A DNA stretch of 64,000 nt from Pseudomonadota bacterium (GCA_043797085.1 JAZDQA010000007.1:64001-128000); one strand, 5' to 3'; counted from the first letter of the stretch, positions 1 through 10,010 are shown. The notes: a model not told the origin generated them from the letters alone. A program made the numbers and translations.

Positions 1-45
1 ATAATCGTTTATCTGAATGATTATTCATAAAAGAGTGAGGATGTT

Positions 46-687
46 ATGGAACTGGGTTTAATCGTAATTTTTTGGTACGGTATCTTACACGCTTTTGGTC
101 CCGACCATTTGACCGCTATTGCTGATTTCTCAATCGGTAAAAATGCGAAAAAAACCTTTATGACGGTCAGTGCGTTTGCTGTAGGTCACGGGTTGATGCT
201 TTTTATGTTTGCAAAGTTGCTCCAGTATTTTTCCATTCCCGAAACGGTAACCGCGTATGGTGATATTATTGCTTCCAGTGTTATTTTATCCATAGGGATT
301 TATCTACTGTATATGGTTTACAGTAATAAAATTCATCTGCACTCCCATATCCATGATAACAAAAAACACGTACATATATGGTTTGGAAACGAACATGAAC
401 ATCAATCAAACGGCGGGAGCAGTTCAGCTTTTAGCATTGGTGTTTTGATGGGGATTGGCGGGGTGCGCGGGATGTTGGTGACGCTGGGTATGATGCAGGG
501 GCAAAGTATTGATTTTACAATGATTTTGGCATTTATTTTAGGTGTTATGGTGGTATTTATGGCGTTTGGATGGGTGATATTATGGATCAATAAAGATATA
601 CTCACCAATATACAAAACGTACGCCGTGCATTTGCTACGGTGGGTGCTGTTTCCGTTTTAGTCGGCGGAAATATGCTTTTGGCGTAA
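46..687 (+). CDS. Nickel/cobalt transporter (NiCoT/UreH-like)
   Basis: Multi-TM protein with HAFGPDH and GHG motifs and a His-rich loop; directly upstream of hyp genes. Confidence 0.8.
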   Translation: MELGLIVIFWYGILHAFGPDHLTAIADFSIGKNAKKTFMTVSAFAVGHGLMLFMFAKLLQYFSIPETVTAYGDIIASSVILSIGIYLLYMVYSNKIHLHSHIHDNKKHVHIWFGNEHEHQSNGGSSSAFSIGVLMGIGGVRGMLVTLGMMQGQSIDFTMILAFILGVMVVFMAFGWVILWINKDILTNIQNVRRAFATVGAVSVLVGGNMLLA

Positions 688-695
688 ATTCCTCT

Positions 696-779
696 GTCAT
701 TCCGTACTTCATGTGCCCTTTAGGGTAGATACGGAATCCATAAGTATTAGATGGATACCGTGTCGTAGCACGGTATGAC
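696..779. repeat. Inverted pair of REP-like palindromic units; left unit carries an 18-bp insert
   Basis: gtcattccgtactt[catgtgccctttagggta]gatacggaatcca (696-740) faces tggataccgtgtcgtagcacggtatgac (752-779); related unit at 47704-47730. Confidence 0.7.
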
Positions 780-819
780 GAAAAATGGAAAATAAAATAA
801 CAAGTAGAGGATTTTAAAA

Positions 820-1632
820 ATGTGCAAAGACTGCGGATGTTCAATTACGGATCATGATCACCACAACCATGACGACCACCATCACGATCACGACGGTCAT
901 CACCATGATCACGGAGATCATCATTCTCATACCCATCAAGCGGCGCATGAAACATTGCACCATAACCCACAGCTCAATGATAAAAAAACCATTGATGTTA
1001 TCAAGAAAATTTTAGATAAAAACGATCAGGAAGCACACCATAACCGTGAGCATTTTAATGAGCATGGAGTGTTGGCGATTAATCTAATGAGCTCTCCGGG
1101 AAGCGGAAAAACAGCGTTGCTAGAAGCAATGGCTGGAATTTCTCCATTTAAATTTGCCGTCATCGAAGGAGATTTGGAGACATCACGTGATGCAGATCGT
1201 CTGATTGCAAAAGGAATCAATGCCGTGCAGATTCAAACAGGAAGTGCCTGCCATCTGGATGCGTTTATGGTTCATAAAGGGCTTCATGATTTGCCGATTG
1301 CTGATTTGGATGTCTGTTTCATCGAAAATGTGGGGAATCTTGTCTGTCCGGCGAGCTATGATGTGGGGAGCCATCTCAATATCGTTTTGGTTTCCATCCC
1401 TGAGGGTGAAGACAAAATCGCCAAATATCCGGTGATGTTTCGAACAGCCGATTTGATTTTGATCACAAAAACCGATTTGCTCCCGTATTTCAAATACGAC
1501 ATGGAACGTGAGAAATCCGAAGCCCGTAAAATCAAACCGAATGTCGATATTTTAGAGGTCAATATCAACGATGAAGCCTCCGTTAAACGAGTGATCGAGT
1601 GGATTGAATTTAAACGAAAGATGAGAGCGTAA
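820..1632 (+). CDS. hypB: Hydrogenase nickel incorporation GTPase HypB
   Basis: MCKDCGC start, His-rich linker, SSPGSGKT P-loop, ACHLDA and ENVGNLVCP motifs. Confidence 0.97.
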   Translation: MCKDCGCSITDHDHHNHDDHHHDHDGHHHDHGDHHSHTHQAAHETLHHNPQLNDKKTIDVIKKILDKNDQEAHHNREHFNEHGVLAINLMSSPGSGKTALLEAMAGISPFKFAVIEGDLETSRDADRLIAKGINAVQIQTGSACHLDAFMVHKGLHDLPIADLDVCFIENVGNLVCPASYDVGSHLNIVLVSIPEGEDKIAKYPVMFRTADLILITKTDLLPYFKYDMEREKSEARKIKPNVDILEVNINDEASVKRVIEWIEFKRKMRA

Positions 1633-1634
1633 TT

Positions 1635-2000
1635 ATGTGTTTATCGATACCTTCAAAAGTGGTCAAAATTGACACAGAGTTCAATATCGCAACTGTCGAT
1701 ACGATGGGAGTACAGCGAACCGCAAGTTTGGAATTGATGGAAGAGGGCTCTGTTGTGCTTGGCGATTATGTCCTTTTGCACATCGGTTTTATTATGAACA
1801 AAATCGATGAAGAAGACGCGATGGAATCGTTGCGGGTGTATCAGGAGATCCTCGAAGCGCTGGATGAAGAAGAGCGTCGAGCACTTGTTTTAGAAGACGA
1901 TAATTGCGTCAATCGAGAAACTCTCTTGGGGGAGAAGGTGAATGGCGAAGCCAGAGAAGCTCCCCTGGGGGACAATTGTGCCAATCGAGAAGCTCCATGA
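1635..2000 (+). CDS. hypC: Hydrogenase chaperone HypC with repeat-derived C-terminal extension
   Basis: MCLSIP N-terminus, GDYVLLHIGF motif. Confidence 0.95.
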   Translation: MCLSIPSKVVKIDTEFNIATVDTMGVQRTASLELMEEGSVVLGDYVLLHIGFIMNKIDEEDAMESLRVYQEILEALDEEERRALVLEDDNCVNRETLLGEKVNGEAREAPLGDNCANREAP

Positions 2001-3142
2001 GCTCACTGGAGTTAAAAGATCTGTATGACGGATTTCGAGATGCGGAGGTGATTAAAGGGTTTCAAAAACTTATCGCTTCCGAAGCCAAAAAGCTCGATCG
2101 TACCGTCAATATCATGGAAGTGTGCGGCGGGCATACCCATACAATTATGAAATACGGTCTGACGCAACTGCTCCCTAAAAACATTAACTTTATCCATGGA
2201 CCCGGTTGTCCTGTGTGCATCATGCCAAAAGAACGCATTGATCATGCGTATGTACTTGCCCTGCAAAGTGATGTGATTTTGCTCACGCTTGGGGATATGA
2301 TAAAAGTTCCGGGAAGTCATGGCTCACTTCAAGATGCACGTGCAAAGGGTGCAGATGTACGCTATGTCTATTCGCCGATGGACGCGCTCAAAGTTGCCGA
2401 GGAAAATCCCGATAAAAAGATTGTTTTCTTTGCCATCGGATTTGAGACTACGACACCAATGACAGCCGCATTGCTCGATATCGTCATTAAAAGAGGGATT
2501 AAGAATATCTTTTTTCATATCAACCACGTCACTGTACCCGAAGTGATGACAGAGCTGATCGATAGCCGAGATGAACACGTCAACAGCTATGACCACCGTA
2601 TCGATGCGTTTATCGGACCTTCTCACGTCAGTGTTATCAGCGGATCGAAAATCTACGAAAAGTTTCCCAAAGAGTATCATATTCCTGTCGTCGTAGCGGG
2701 ATTTGAACCCGTCGATGTGATGGAAGCTATTTACATGATGATCAAACAGTTTAACGAGGGGCGAAGCGATTTGGAAATCCAGTACAAACGACTCGTCACC
2801 CCTGAGGGAAATCTGAAAGCGCAAGGCCTTATCGAACACTATTTCGAGAAAGTGGATTTGTTTAAATGGAGAGGGATGGGAAATGTTCCCAACAGCGGGT
2901 TGAAGCTTCGGGATGAATTTGCACCGTATGATGCGGAGGTATTGTTCAAAGATATTCTCCCATACGAAGAGATCGACGACCATAAACTCTGTATCTGCGG
3001 TGATATCTTACGCGGATTTGCCAAACCTCAGGAATGCAGTGTATTTGGAACAGCATGCAAGCCCAGTTCTCCATTGGGAAGCTGTATGGTGAGTTCAGAG
3101 GGGGCGTGTGCTGCTTATTATAAGTATGGAAATTTATTGTAG
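1997..3142 (+). CDS. hypD: Hydrogenase maturation protein HypD
   Basis: MEVCGGHTH, GPGCPVC, GFETT, CMVSSEGAC; ATG at 1997 overlaps hypC stop (ATGA). Confidence 0.97.
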   Translation: MSSLELKDLYDGFRDAEVIKGFQKLIASEAKKLDRTVNIMEVCGGHTHTIMKYGLTQLLPKNINFIHGPGCPVCIMPKERIDHAYVLALQSDVILLTLGDMIKVPGSHGSLQDARAKGADVRYVYSPMDALKVAEENPDKKIVFFAIGFETTTPMTAALLDIVIKRGIKNIFFHINHVTVPEVMTELIDSRDEHVNSYDHRIDAFIGPSHVSVISGSKIYEKFPKEYHIPVVVAGFEPVDVMEAIYMMIKQFNEGRSDLEIQYKRLVTPEGNLKAQGLIEHYFEKVDLFKWRGMGNVPNSGLKLRDEFAPYDAEVLFKDILPYEEIDDHKLCICGDILRGFAKPQECSVFGTACKPSSPLGSCMVSSEGACAAYYKYGNLL

Positions 3143-3153
3143 GTAGGGATAGT

Positions 3154-3828
3154 ATGAATAATCATAACTGCTTGAAAAAATTAAAAGAGTATAAAAAATA
3201 CGTTAAACGTTTTGTTAACTCTCGCAAGAGCAGACCTAAAAATATTCATACCTTGAGAGTACTAAGCCGAGAACTCTATTCATTGCTTAGTGATGCTGAC
3301 CCTTTTTACGAAAGAGTCAAAAAAGTAATTAAAATAAGCAATAAAATAAGAGATACCGATGTTTTTTTTGAGATCTTTCTCCCATCTTTGCCAAAAAAAT
3401 ATCGCAATAAGCTGGAGATAGAGAGTATAAAAAAATATACCATGAAGAGTAGAAAAAAGAAGATAGAGAAGCTGCACAAATATCTAAAATCTTTAGTTAT
3501 TCCTAAAAGTGTTCTGTTCGCAAGTGAGAATCATGAATTGACTTTTATTAGCAGCGAAGAGTTGAGATTAGATAAAACCCAGTTGCATAAATATAGAATT
3601 TATATAAAAAAAGTATTGGCAAAAGAAAAAAACAGCTTTCCGATAAATGAGACAAAAATAAAAATTCTGACTAAAATCAAAGATATTTTAGGAACGATAC
3701 ATGACAATTATAATGGGATGGAGAGGTTAAGTATGTGCAGTGTAAATCCTGTTTTGCTAAGTGAAATAGAAAATTTTATACAAGAAGAGAATGTAAAACT
3801 TTATAATCAATTTAAAAGCTTAAATTGA
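3154..3828 (+). CDS. CHAD domain protein
   Basis: IHTLRV, LHKYRIYIKK and DILGTIHD motifs; very basic; AT-rich coding. Confidence 0.75.
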   Translation: MNNHNCLKKLKEYKKYVKRFVNSRKSRPKNIHTLRVLSRELYSLLSDADPFYERVKKVIKISNKIRDTDVFFEIFLPSLPKKYRNKLEIESIKKYTMKSRKKKIEKLHKYLKSLVIPKSVLFASENHELTFISSEELRLDKTQLHKYRIYIKKVLAKEKNSFPINETKIKILTKIKDILGTIHDNYNGMERLSMCSVNPVLLSEIENFIQEENVKLYNQFKSLN

Positions 3829-3848
3829 AAAGATATGAGGAGTCTATC

Positions 3849-4331
3849 ATGAAAAAAGTTTATTTAATCAGACATGCCAAATCAAGTCGGGAGGATTTTT
3901 TACTCGATGACTTTGAGAGACCGTTGAATAAAAGAGGCAAATTTGATGCACCTTTAATGGGCGCTAGACTACACGATAAAAAAATTATGCCCGACACAAT
4001 CTTGTCAAGTCCGGCAGTTAGGGCTAAAACTACGGCAGAGATAATTGCAAAAAAAATAGGATTTGAAAAAGAGATTGTATTTATAAAAGATATTTACGAA
4101 GCAAGCGCGACGACACTTCACAAAATATTGACCAAAATAGCGGATAAAAATAATATAGTGTTTTTGTTCGGACACAATCCGAGTTTGAATGAACTGGCTG
4201 AAAACTACATTCATTTTAACGAAAACATCCCGACATGCGCAGTCGTGGAAATAGACTTTGACTGTAACAGCTGGGCAGATATAAGTGCAGACAATGCAAG
4301 ATTAGTCTTATTCGATTATCCGAAAAAATAA
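3849..4331 (+). CDS. sixA: SixA-like phosphohistidine phosphatase
   Basis: LIRHAKS, DFERPL, SSPAVRA, GHNP motifs. Confidence 0.85.
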   Translation: MKKVYLIRHAKSSREDFLLDDFERPLNKRGKFDAPLMGARLHDKKIMPDTILSSPAVRAKTTAEIIAKKIGFEKEIVFIKDIYEASATTLHKILTKIADKNNIVFLFGHNPSLNELAENYIHFNENIPTCAVVEIDFDCNSWADISADNARLVLFDYPKK

Positions 4332-4461
4332 AAGAGCAGGGGAGGGCACGCCGCTTATAGAATTTATGTTGGGTGTTATTTTTAGAATCAATACAAAAGG
4401 TCGGTAATGATTTTATTGAAACAGGAATACTATAAAACAACAAACTTACCAAAGGAAAAAA

Positions 4462-4689
4462 ATGAGTGAAGAGGAAAAAAACAAAAACAATCCGTTGGAT
4501 GGGATTAAACTTCAGGAGATTTTAGAGAGTTTGGTTGAACGTTATGGATTTGAAGAGTTAAGTCGTCGCATAAATGTTAGATGCTTTTTGATAAATCCGA
4601 CTATAAACTCATGTCTAAAGTTTCTTAGAAAGACACCTTGGGCGAGAACGAAGGTGGAAGAGTTATATATAAAGATTATGAAAAAGTAG
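4462..4689 (+). CDS. DUF2132 (VF530-like) small DNA-binding protein
   Basis: NNPLDGIKL...CF...PTINSCLKFLRKTPWARTKVE signature. Confidence 0.85.
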   Translation: MSEEEKNKNNPLDGIKLQEILESLVERYGFEELSRRINVRCFLINPTINSCLKFLRKTPWARTKVEELYIKIMKK

Positions 4690-4698
4690 GTAGAAAAG

Positions 4699-5697
4699 AT
4701 GACAAAAACAATCACATTAGCCCAAGGCAACGGCGGCGAAGAAAATGCGCAGCTTATTTCGAAAATCTTTTACAAACATTTCAAAAATGAGATTTTAGCA
4801 AAAAGTGAAGATGCGGCGATTATTGATGGTGGTCGTTTAGCTTTTACGACTGACAGTTTTACCGTGAGTCCCATCTTTTTTGACGGTGGCGATATCGGCA
4901 AACTCAGTATCTGCGGAACGTGCAATGATTTGGCGATGATGGGGGCGAAACCTACGTATATGACGTGTGCGGTGATTGTCGAAGAGGGGTTTCCGATTGC
5001 TGATTTGGAAAAAATTGTTCGGTCGATGAAAAAAGAGCTTGATATTAATGGAGCTATGATCGTGTGCGGAGATACGAAAGTGGTTCCGCGCGGGGCTGTT
5101 GATAAGATTTTTATCAATACAACCGGTGTCGGAGTCGTCCAAAAAAGCGGGATTTCATCAAACAGTGTCAGTACTTCGGATAGTATTATTATTTCCAACC
5201 AAATAGGCAAGCACGGTGCGACGATTTTTGCCAACCGTGAGGGGATGGAGTTTAGCTCTGCCTTGCAAAGCGATTGTACTTCGTTGTGGCCGTTGGTCGA
5301 AAAACTCCTCGCTGAGGGTATTGCGATCACGGCAATGCGTGATGCAACGCGCGGCGGTGTCGCAGCAGTGCTCAACGAGTGGGCTGCGCAATCAAAAGTG
5401 TGTATCGAAGTAAGTGAAGAAACGCTTCCCGTGAGCGATGAGGTACGGGGAATTTGTGAAATACTAGGATTTGAAGCGTACAACCTTGCCAATGAGGGGA
5501 CATTTGTTTTGGCGGTAAAGAGAGAAGATGCCCAAAAAGCAGTAGAGATTTTGCAGGGCTTTGAAGAGGCACATCATGCGGCGGTTATCGCTGAAGTAAC
5601 GCATCAGTATGACGGACGTGTTGTCTTATTAAGTGCATGGGGATCGAAACGGTTTATGGATTTACCGACGGGTGAGTTATTGCCTCGGATATGTTAA
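4699..5697 (+). CDS. hypE: Carbamoyl dehydratase HypE
   Basis: TTDSFTV, GDTKVV, RDATRGG and C-terminal LPRIC. Confidence 0.97.
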   Translation: MTKTITLAQGNGGEENAQLISKIFYKHFKNEILAKSEDAAIIDGGRLAFTTDSFTVSPIFFDGGDIGKLSICGTCNDLAMMGAKPTYMTCAVIVEEGFPIADLEKIVRSMKKELDINGAMIVCGDTKVVPRGAVDKIFINTTGVGVVQKSGISSNSVSTSDSIIISNQIGKHGATIFANREGMEFSSALQSDCTSLWPLVEKLLAEGIAITAMRDATRGGVAAVLNEWAAQSKVCIEVSEETLPVSDEVRGICEILGFEAYNLANEGTFVLAVKREDAQKAVEILQGFEEAHHAAVIAEVTHQYDGRVVLLSAWGSKRFMDLPTGELLPRIC

Positions 5698-7388
5698 AAG
5701 AGCGAAAAAAGATGCGTATTTTACTGGTGATAAGTGCTTTCAATTCACTTTCCCAGCGTATTTTTTGTGCCCTTCGAGATCGGGGTGAAACGGTAGGTGT
5801 CACGTTTGCCATTAATGACGCTCAGCTTATCAAAGAAGTGACTGCCTTTAAACCGGATTTTATCCTATCGCCGTTTTTAAAAAAGCGTATTCCACAAAGC
5901 ATCTGGAGCTCTATCCCAACTTTTATCGTCCATCCCGGAATCGCAGGAGATCGTGGAGCGCATGCACTCGACTGGGCTATTATGAACGAAGAAAAAAGTT
6001 GGGGTGTGACAATATTGCGAGCAAACGGTGAATACGATGCGGGGGATATTTATGCTCACGGTACGTTTGAAATGCCCAAAGGCAATAAAGCTTCTGTATA
6101 TCGTAATGCAGTGAGTATCCTTGCATCCAAACTGGTTGAGGAGCTGTTAGTGTCGCTTGATAATTCTTCTTTTGTCCCTATGTCACAGCATGAACACAGC
6201 CTGCACGGTTCAGCACATTTGGTAATGACACAACTGGATCGTCGTATCGATTGGGAGAATGATACCACCGATGAGATACTCAAAAAAATTCATGCAGGGG
6301 ATAGTCATCCAGGGGTCGTCGATACTATTTTGGATGTGGAATGTTTTTTGTATGGGGTACATAAAGAGGCAATATTGAGAGGCGGGATCAAAGAAGTTTT
6401 AGCAAAGCGTGAGGGGGCGATTTGTATCGGGACGAAAGACGGTGCGATTTGGATTTCCCATCTCAAGGAGCAACAGAGTATCAAACTCCCCGCAACCTAT
6501 GTTCTCAAAGATCGGCTAAAAGGAGTGCGAGAAGATCGGTTGCCGCTCTTTGTCGATCCGAAATTGGTGACATTTAAAGAGATCACGTTTTATCAGCATG
6601 ATGAGGTCGGGTACCTCGGATTTGATTTTCATAACGGCGCGATGGGTGCCCATCAGTGTGTTCGATTGAAGTACGCATTTGATCACCTCAAGCAATCGGG
6701 TATTAAAGTTCTGGTATTGATGGGAGGATCTGATTTTTTCTCCAACGGGATTCATCTCAATATCATGGAAGATTCCAAAAAATCGGATGAGGATGGATGG
6801 TCGAATATCCATTCGATGAATGAAGTCGTCAAATCCGTATTGTTGTGTGATGAGATATTGACGGTGAGTTCGCTTCATCGTAATGCGGGAGCGGGAGGGG
6901 TGTTTTTGGCTCTTGCCTCCGATTATGTAATCGCACGTGATGGGGTTGTCCTCAATCCCCATTATAAGACGCTTGGATTGCACGGAAGCGAATATTGGAC
7001 GTATAGTTTGCCGCGCCGTGTTGGAGTTCAAAAAGCAGATGAGTTGACAAGTGCATGTTTGCCCATCAGTGCCAAGGAGGCGGTTAAAGTCGGATTGGCA
7101 GATGCGCTTATGTCTGAAGAAGATGAAAAATATTTTGAAGAGCTTCATTTTTATTGTCAGGAACTGTATGCCGATGAAGAAAAATATTATGAGTTCTTAG
7201 ATAGCAAACGTGACACCGTCAGCAATCCCGATTTTTTGAATGAGATTCAACAGTATCGCGAAAAAGAATTAGAACAGATGCATCCAAGTTTTTACGAGGC
7301 GAACAGCGATTTTAACACTCTTCGTAAAGAATTTGTCTATAAACTTTGTCCGATTAAAACCCCAAGTTATCTAAAAGGAGTAGGTTAA
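5691..7388 (+). CDS. hypX: HypX/HoxX hydrogenase maturation factor (formyltransferase + enoyl-CoA hydratase-like); start may be 5712
   Basis: MRILL..AFNSLSQR, HPGIAGDRG, FHNGAM, FFSNGIHLN, NAGAGG. Confidence 0.92.
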   Translation: MLKERKKMRILLVISAFNSLSQRIFCALRDRGETVGVTFAINDAQLIKEVTAFKPDFILSPFLKKRIPQSIWSSIPTFIVHPGIAGDRGAHALDWAIMNEEKSWGVTILRANGEYDAGDIYAHGTFEMPKGNKASVYRNAVSILASKLVEELLVSLDNSSFVPMSQHEHSLHGSAHLVMTQLDRRIDWENDTTDEILKKIHAGDSHPGVVDTILDVECFLYGVHKEAILRGGIKEVLAKREGAICIGTKDGAIWISHLKEQQSIKLPATYVLKDRLKGVREDRLPLFVDPKLVTFKEITFYQHDEVGYLGFDFHNGAMGAHQCVRLKYAFDHLKQSGIKVLVLMGGSDFFSNGIHLNIMEDSKKSDEDGWSNIHSMNEVVKSVLLCDEILTVSSLHRNAGAGGVFLALASDYVIARDGVVLNPHYKTLGLHGSEYWTYSLPRRVGVQKADELTSACLPISAKEAVKVGLADALMSEEDEKYFEELHFYCQELYADEEKYYEFLDSKRDTVSNPDFLNEIQQYREKELEQMHPSFYEANSDFNTLRKEFVYKLCPIKTPSYLKGVG

Positions 7389-7729
7389 TGCACGAATATT
7401 CTATTGTTCAAGCGTTATTAACGCAGTGTGAAGATATAGCACGTGAAAATGAAGCCCAATCGGTTAAAAAAATTATCGTTAAAATCGGCAAGATGAGCGG
7501 AGTGGAACCCCATCTGCTGGAAATGGCGTTTAATACATTTAAAGAGAAAACGGTGTGTGACGGAGCAGATTTTGTGTTGAACGTACAACCTCTGGTGATC
7601 GAATGCAAAGAGTGCGGAGCCGTGAGCACATTGGAAGAAATTTTTTACAAATGTCCAGCTTGCGAAAGTCTGGATGTCAAAGTGATCGACGGTGAAGATA
7701 TGTATTTAATGACCTTGGAAATGGAGTAG
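7388..7729 (+). CDS. hypA: Hydrogenase nickel chaperone HypA
   Basis: MHE N-terminus and two CxxC motifs. Confidence 0.96.
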   Translation: MHEYSIVQALLTQCEDIARENEAQSVKKIIVKIGKMSGVEPHLLEMAFNTFKEKTVCDGADFVLNVQPLVIECKECGAVSTLEEIFYKCPACESLDVKVIDGEDMYLMTLEME

Positions 7730-7732
7730 AAG

Positions 7733-8482
7733 ATGCAAGAATATTGGGAATTGTATATGAAGACAATCGATGGCAACATCGCGTCGGTTTTAGTGAATGC
7801 AGGTGTTTCGGTAGAGTTGCCAAGTGACGATAAGTATTTTATGGGATTTATCAAGGTTAAAATGAATTCACCGAGCGATAAAGGACTTATTGCAGAAGAT
7901 GAAGAAGCACAACTCTCGTTTATCGAAGATAAAATTGAGATGGAATCACTGCGATATCGTATCGGAACCTATGTCGGTAAAATCGTTTCTAACGGTGAAA
8001 TGACTTTTATTTATTATCTCAAACACGATTTTGAATGGCCGGATATGGTTCAAGCCGCGATGAAAGAGTTTTCAACGTACAGCTATGAATATGGTGCAAA
8101 AATGGACAGTGAATGGGAAATATACCATAAACTCCTTTTTCCGACTCCCATTGAGTGGCAAATTATCCAAAATCACAAAGTCTGTGATAATCTAAAAGTC
8201 CAAGGCGACTCACTTCACCTCCCTCGTGCCATTGAGCATAAAGCCTATTTTGAGACGGGTGAACAACGAAATTCTTTTATTGAGCGTCTTGAATCAGAGT
8301 CTTTTAAAGTCAAAGATTTTATCGAAGCAAATGAAAATACCCCTATGGTCGGGATGAGTTTTTACCGTCAAGATAAACCGTATTACTACGATATTGATGC
8401 GTTAACTTTGCATCTTATCGAACTTTCTCATCAATGCGGCGGGCAATATGACGGTTGGGAAACCAGTGTGGTAAAAATTTAG
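7733..8482 (+). CDS. DUF695 protein with RraB-like C-terminal domain
   Basis: W..Y N-terminus, D.EW..Y..LL.P, C-terminal GGQYDGWET. Confidence 0.75.
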   Translation: MQEYWELYMKTIDGNIASVLVNAGVSVELPSDDKYFMGFIKVKMNSPSDKGLIAEDEEAQLSFIEDKIEMESLRYRIGTYVGKIVSNGEMTFIYYLKHDFEWPDMVQAAMKEFSTYSYEYGAKMDSEWEIYHKLLFPTPIEWQIIQNHKVCDNLKVQGDSLHLPRAIEHKAYFETGEQRNSFIERLESESFKVKDFIEANENTPMVGMSFYRQDKPYYYDIDALTLHLIELSHQCGGQYDGWETSVVKI

Positions 8483-8579
8483 TGCAAAAAAACTGAAAAT
8501 GTATTCACTTTTAAGAGAGTTTAATCTAATCACGGGGATAATAGCCATATAAACGTCTAAACGTTAATAAGGAGTGGTT

Positions 8580-10010
8580 ATGGATCATCAGGATTTAATA
8601 AAAAAGTTACAAGCACGCGAAGGTCTTTCACGACGTGATGCCCTAAAAATGATGGCACTCTCACCCGTTACCGCATCCGTATTGGCAGGGTCTGCTGTTC
8701 CAACGACATTATCGGCTTCTTCTTCGAATGCGGTGGGAAAAATCGTTATCGTCGGGGGTGGTTCAGGTGCGTTGATGGCTCTTTCTCGTCTTCGCCGTGC
8801 TTTATCAAAACCTGATATTACGGTTATCGCGCCCAATGAAAAACATGTCTATCAACCGGGACAAATCTTCGTAGCAGCGGGTGAATATGCTCCGGAAGAT
8901 ATTATTTTTGATAACAAAGGTTATATTGGAGAGGATGTAACGTGGATCAAAGACGAAGCCGCAACGTTCGATCCCGATAACAACAAGCTCACAACCAAAG
9001 GCGGTACGGTCGTTGATTATGATTATCTCATTGTAGCAACGGGTGTACAGTACCATTATGAGCAAATTGCAGGACTGACTTCGGATATGATCGGTAAAAA
9101 CGGTATTTCCAGCGTCTATCTCAGTGATCTGGCAAAGGGAACGGCAGAGGGGGGAACCATTACCCATGAATGGTTTAAAGCGCTTCATGAAGCAGCAAAA
9201 ACCTCTAAACCCCGCGTTATTTGTACTCAACCCTCAACCCCGCTCAAATGTGGCGGAGCTCCTCAAAAAATTCTTTATCTCAGTGATGATTTCCTCAAAC
9301 GTGATAAATTAACGGCAGACTTTACTTTTGCTACGGCAGGAGAAAAACTTTTTGGTCTTCCTGAAATTGATGCGGCACTGCATAAAGTCCAAGAAGGCTA
9401 CGGTAATATCACCAATAAATTTGCTCATGAACTCATCGCCATCGATGCCGAGAAAAAACTCGCAACGTTCCATCACAAATACGAAGTGAAAGGGGAGTAC
9501 GACAAAGAATTCGAAGAGTATGAGATGATTGAAAAAGAAGAAGATGTCACGATGGAATACGATTTTATCCATATTACTCCTCCGACTTATGCGGTCGATG
9601 CAGTTGCTAACTCATTGCTTGGATGGCAAAAAGGGACGGCAAAAGGGTGGCTTGAAGTAGATCGTGAGACATTACAACATCGTCGTTACAAAAATGTCTT
9701 CGGGATTGGAGATGTGTGCGGTATTCCCATCGGTAAAACAGGGGGAAGTGCACGTCATCAAGGACCGATTGTCGTGGGAAATCTGATTTCAGTGATGGAG
9801 AAAAAAGAACCGACATTAAAATTTGATGGTTATACTGTATGCCCTCTCAAAGTTTCTTACGGTGAAATAATCATGGCAGAGTTCAACTACGACGGGCTTG
9901 CTCCCTCTTTTCCTCTCGATCCGGCAAAACCAAGATGGGTATGGTGGGCATTTGATCTCTATATGCTTCAACCGATGTATCGTTACTTGATGCTGAACGG
10001 AATTATGTAA
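8580..10010 (+). CDS. sqr: Tat-exported sulfide:quinone oxidoreductase, type II-like
   Basis: SRRDALK Tat motif, IVIVGGG FAD site, KCGGAPQK and FDGYTVCP catalytic Cys motifs. Confidence 0.8.
   Translation: MDHQDLIKKLQAREGLSRRDALKMMALSPVTASVLAGSAVPTTLSASSSNAVGKIVIVGGGSGALMALSRLRRALSKPDITVIAPNEKHVYQPGQIFVAAGEYAPEDIIFDNKGYIGEDVTWIKDEAATFDPDNNKLTTKGGTVVDYDYLIVATGVQYHYEQIAGLTSDMIGKNGISSVYLSDLAKGTAEGGTITHEWFKALHEAAKTSKPRVICTQPSTPLKCGGAPQKILYLSDDFLKRDKLTADFTFATAGEKLFGLPEIDAALHKVQEGYGNITNKFAHELIAIDAEKKLATFHHKYEVKGEYDKEFEEYEMIEKEEDVTMEYDFIHITPPTYAVDAVANSLLGWQKGTAKGWLEVDRETLQHRRYKNVFGIGDVCGIPIGKTGGSARHQGPIVVGNLISVMEKKEPTLKFDGYTVCPLKVSYGEIIMAEFNYDGLAPSFPLDPAKPRWVWWAFDLYMLQPMYRYLMLNGIM

Noticed and set aside
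14..27. Near-palindrome tgaatgattattca upstream of the Ni transporter
   Set aside because: Could be a metal-regulator site, but it is short, AT-rich and lacks upstream context
850..965. Repetitive CAC/CAT/GAC run
   Set aside because: Encodes the usual His-rich HypB linker; not a CRISPR or separate tandem repeat
1904..1996. N-terminal extension of the hypD ORF in the track
   Set aside because: Overlaps hypC; HypD-like sequence starts at the coupled ATG at 1997
2012..7148. Long antisense ORFs (2324-2983, 4770-5492, 6516-7148)
   Set aside because: Shadows of well-supported hyp genes with no motifs of their own; the same applies to antisense ORFs elsewhere
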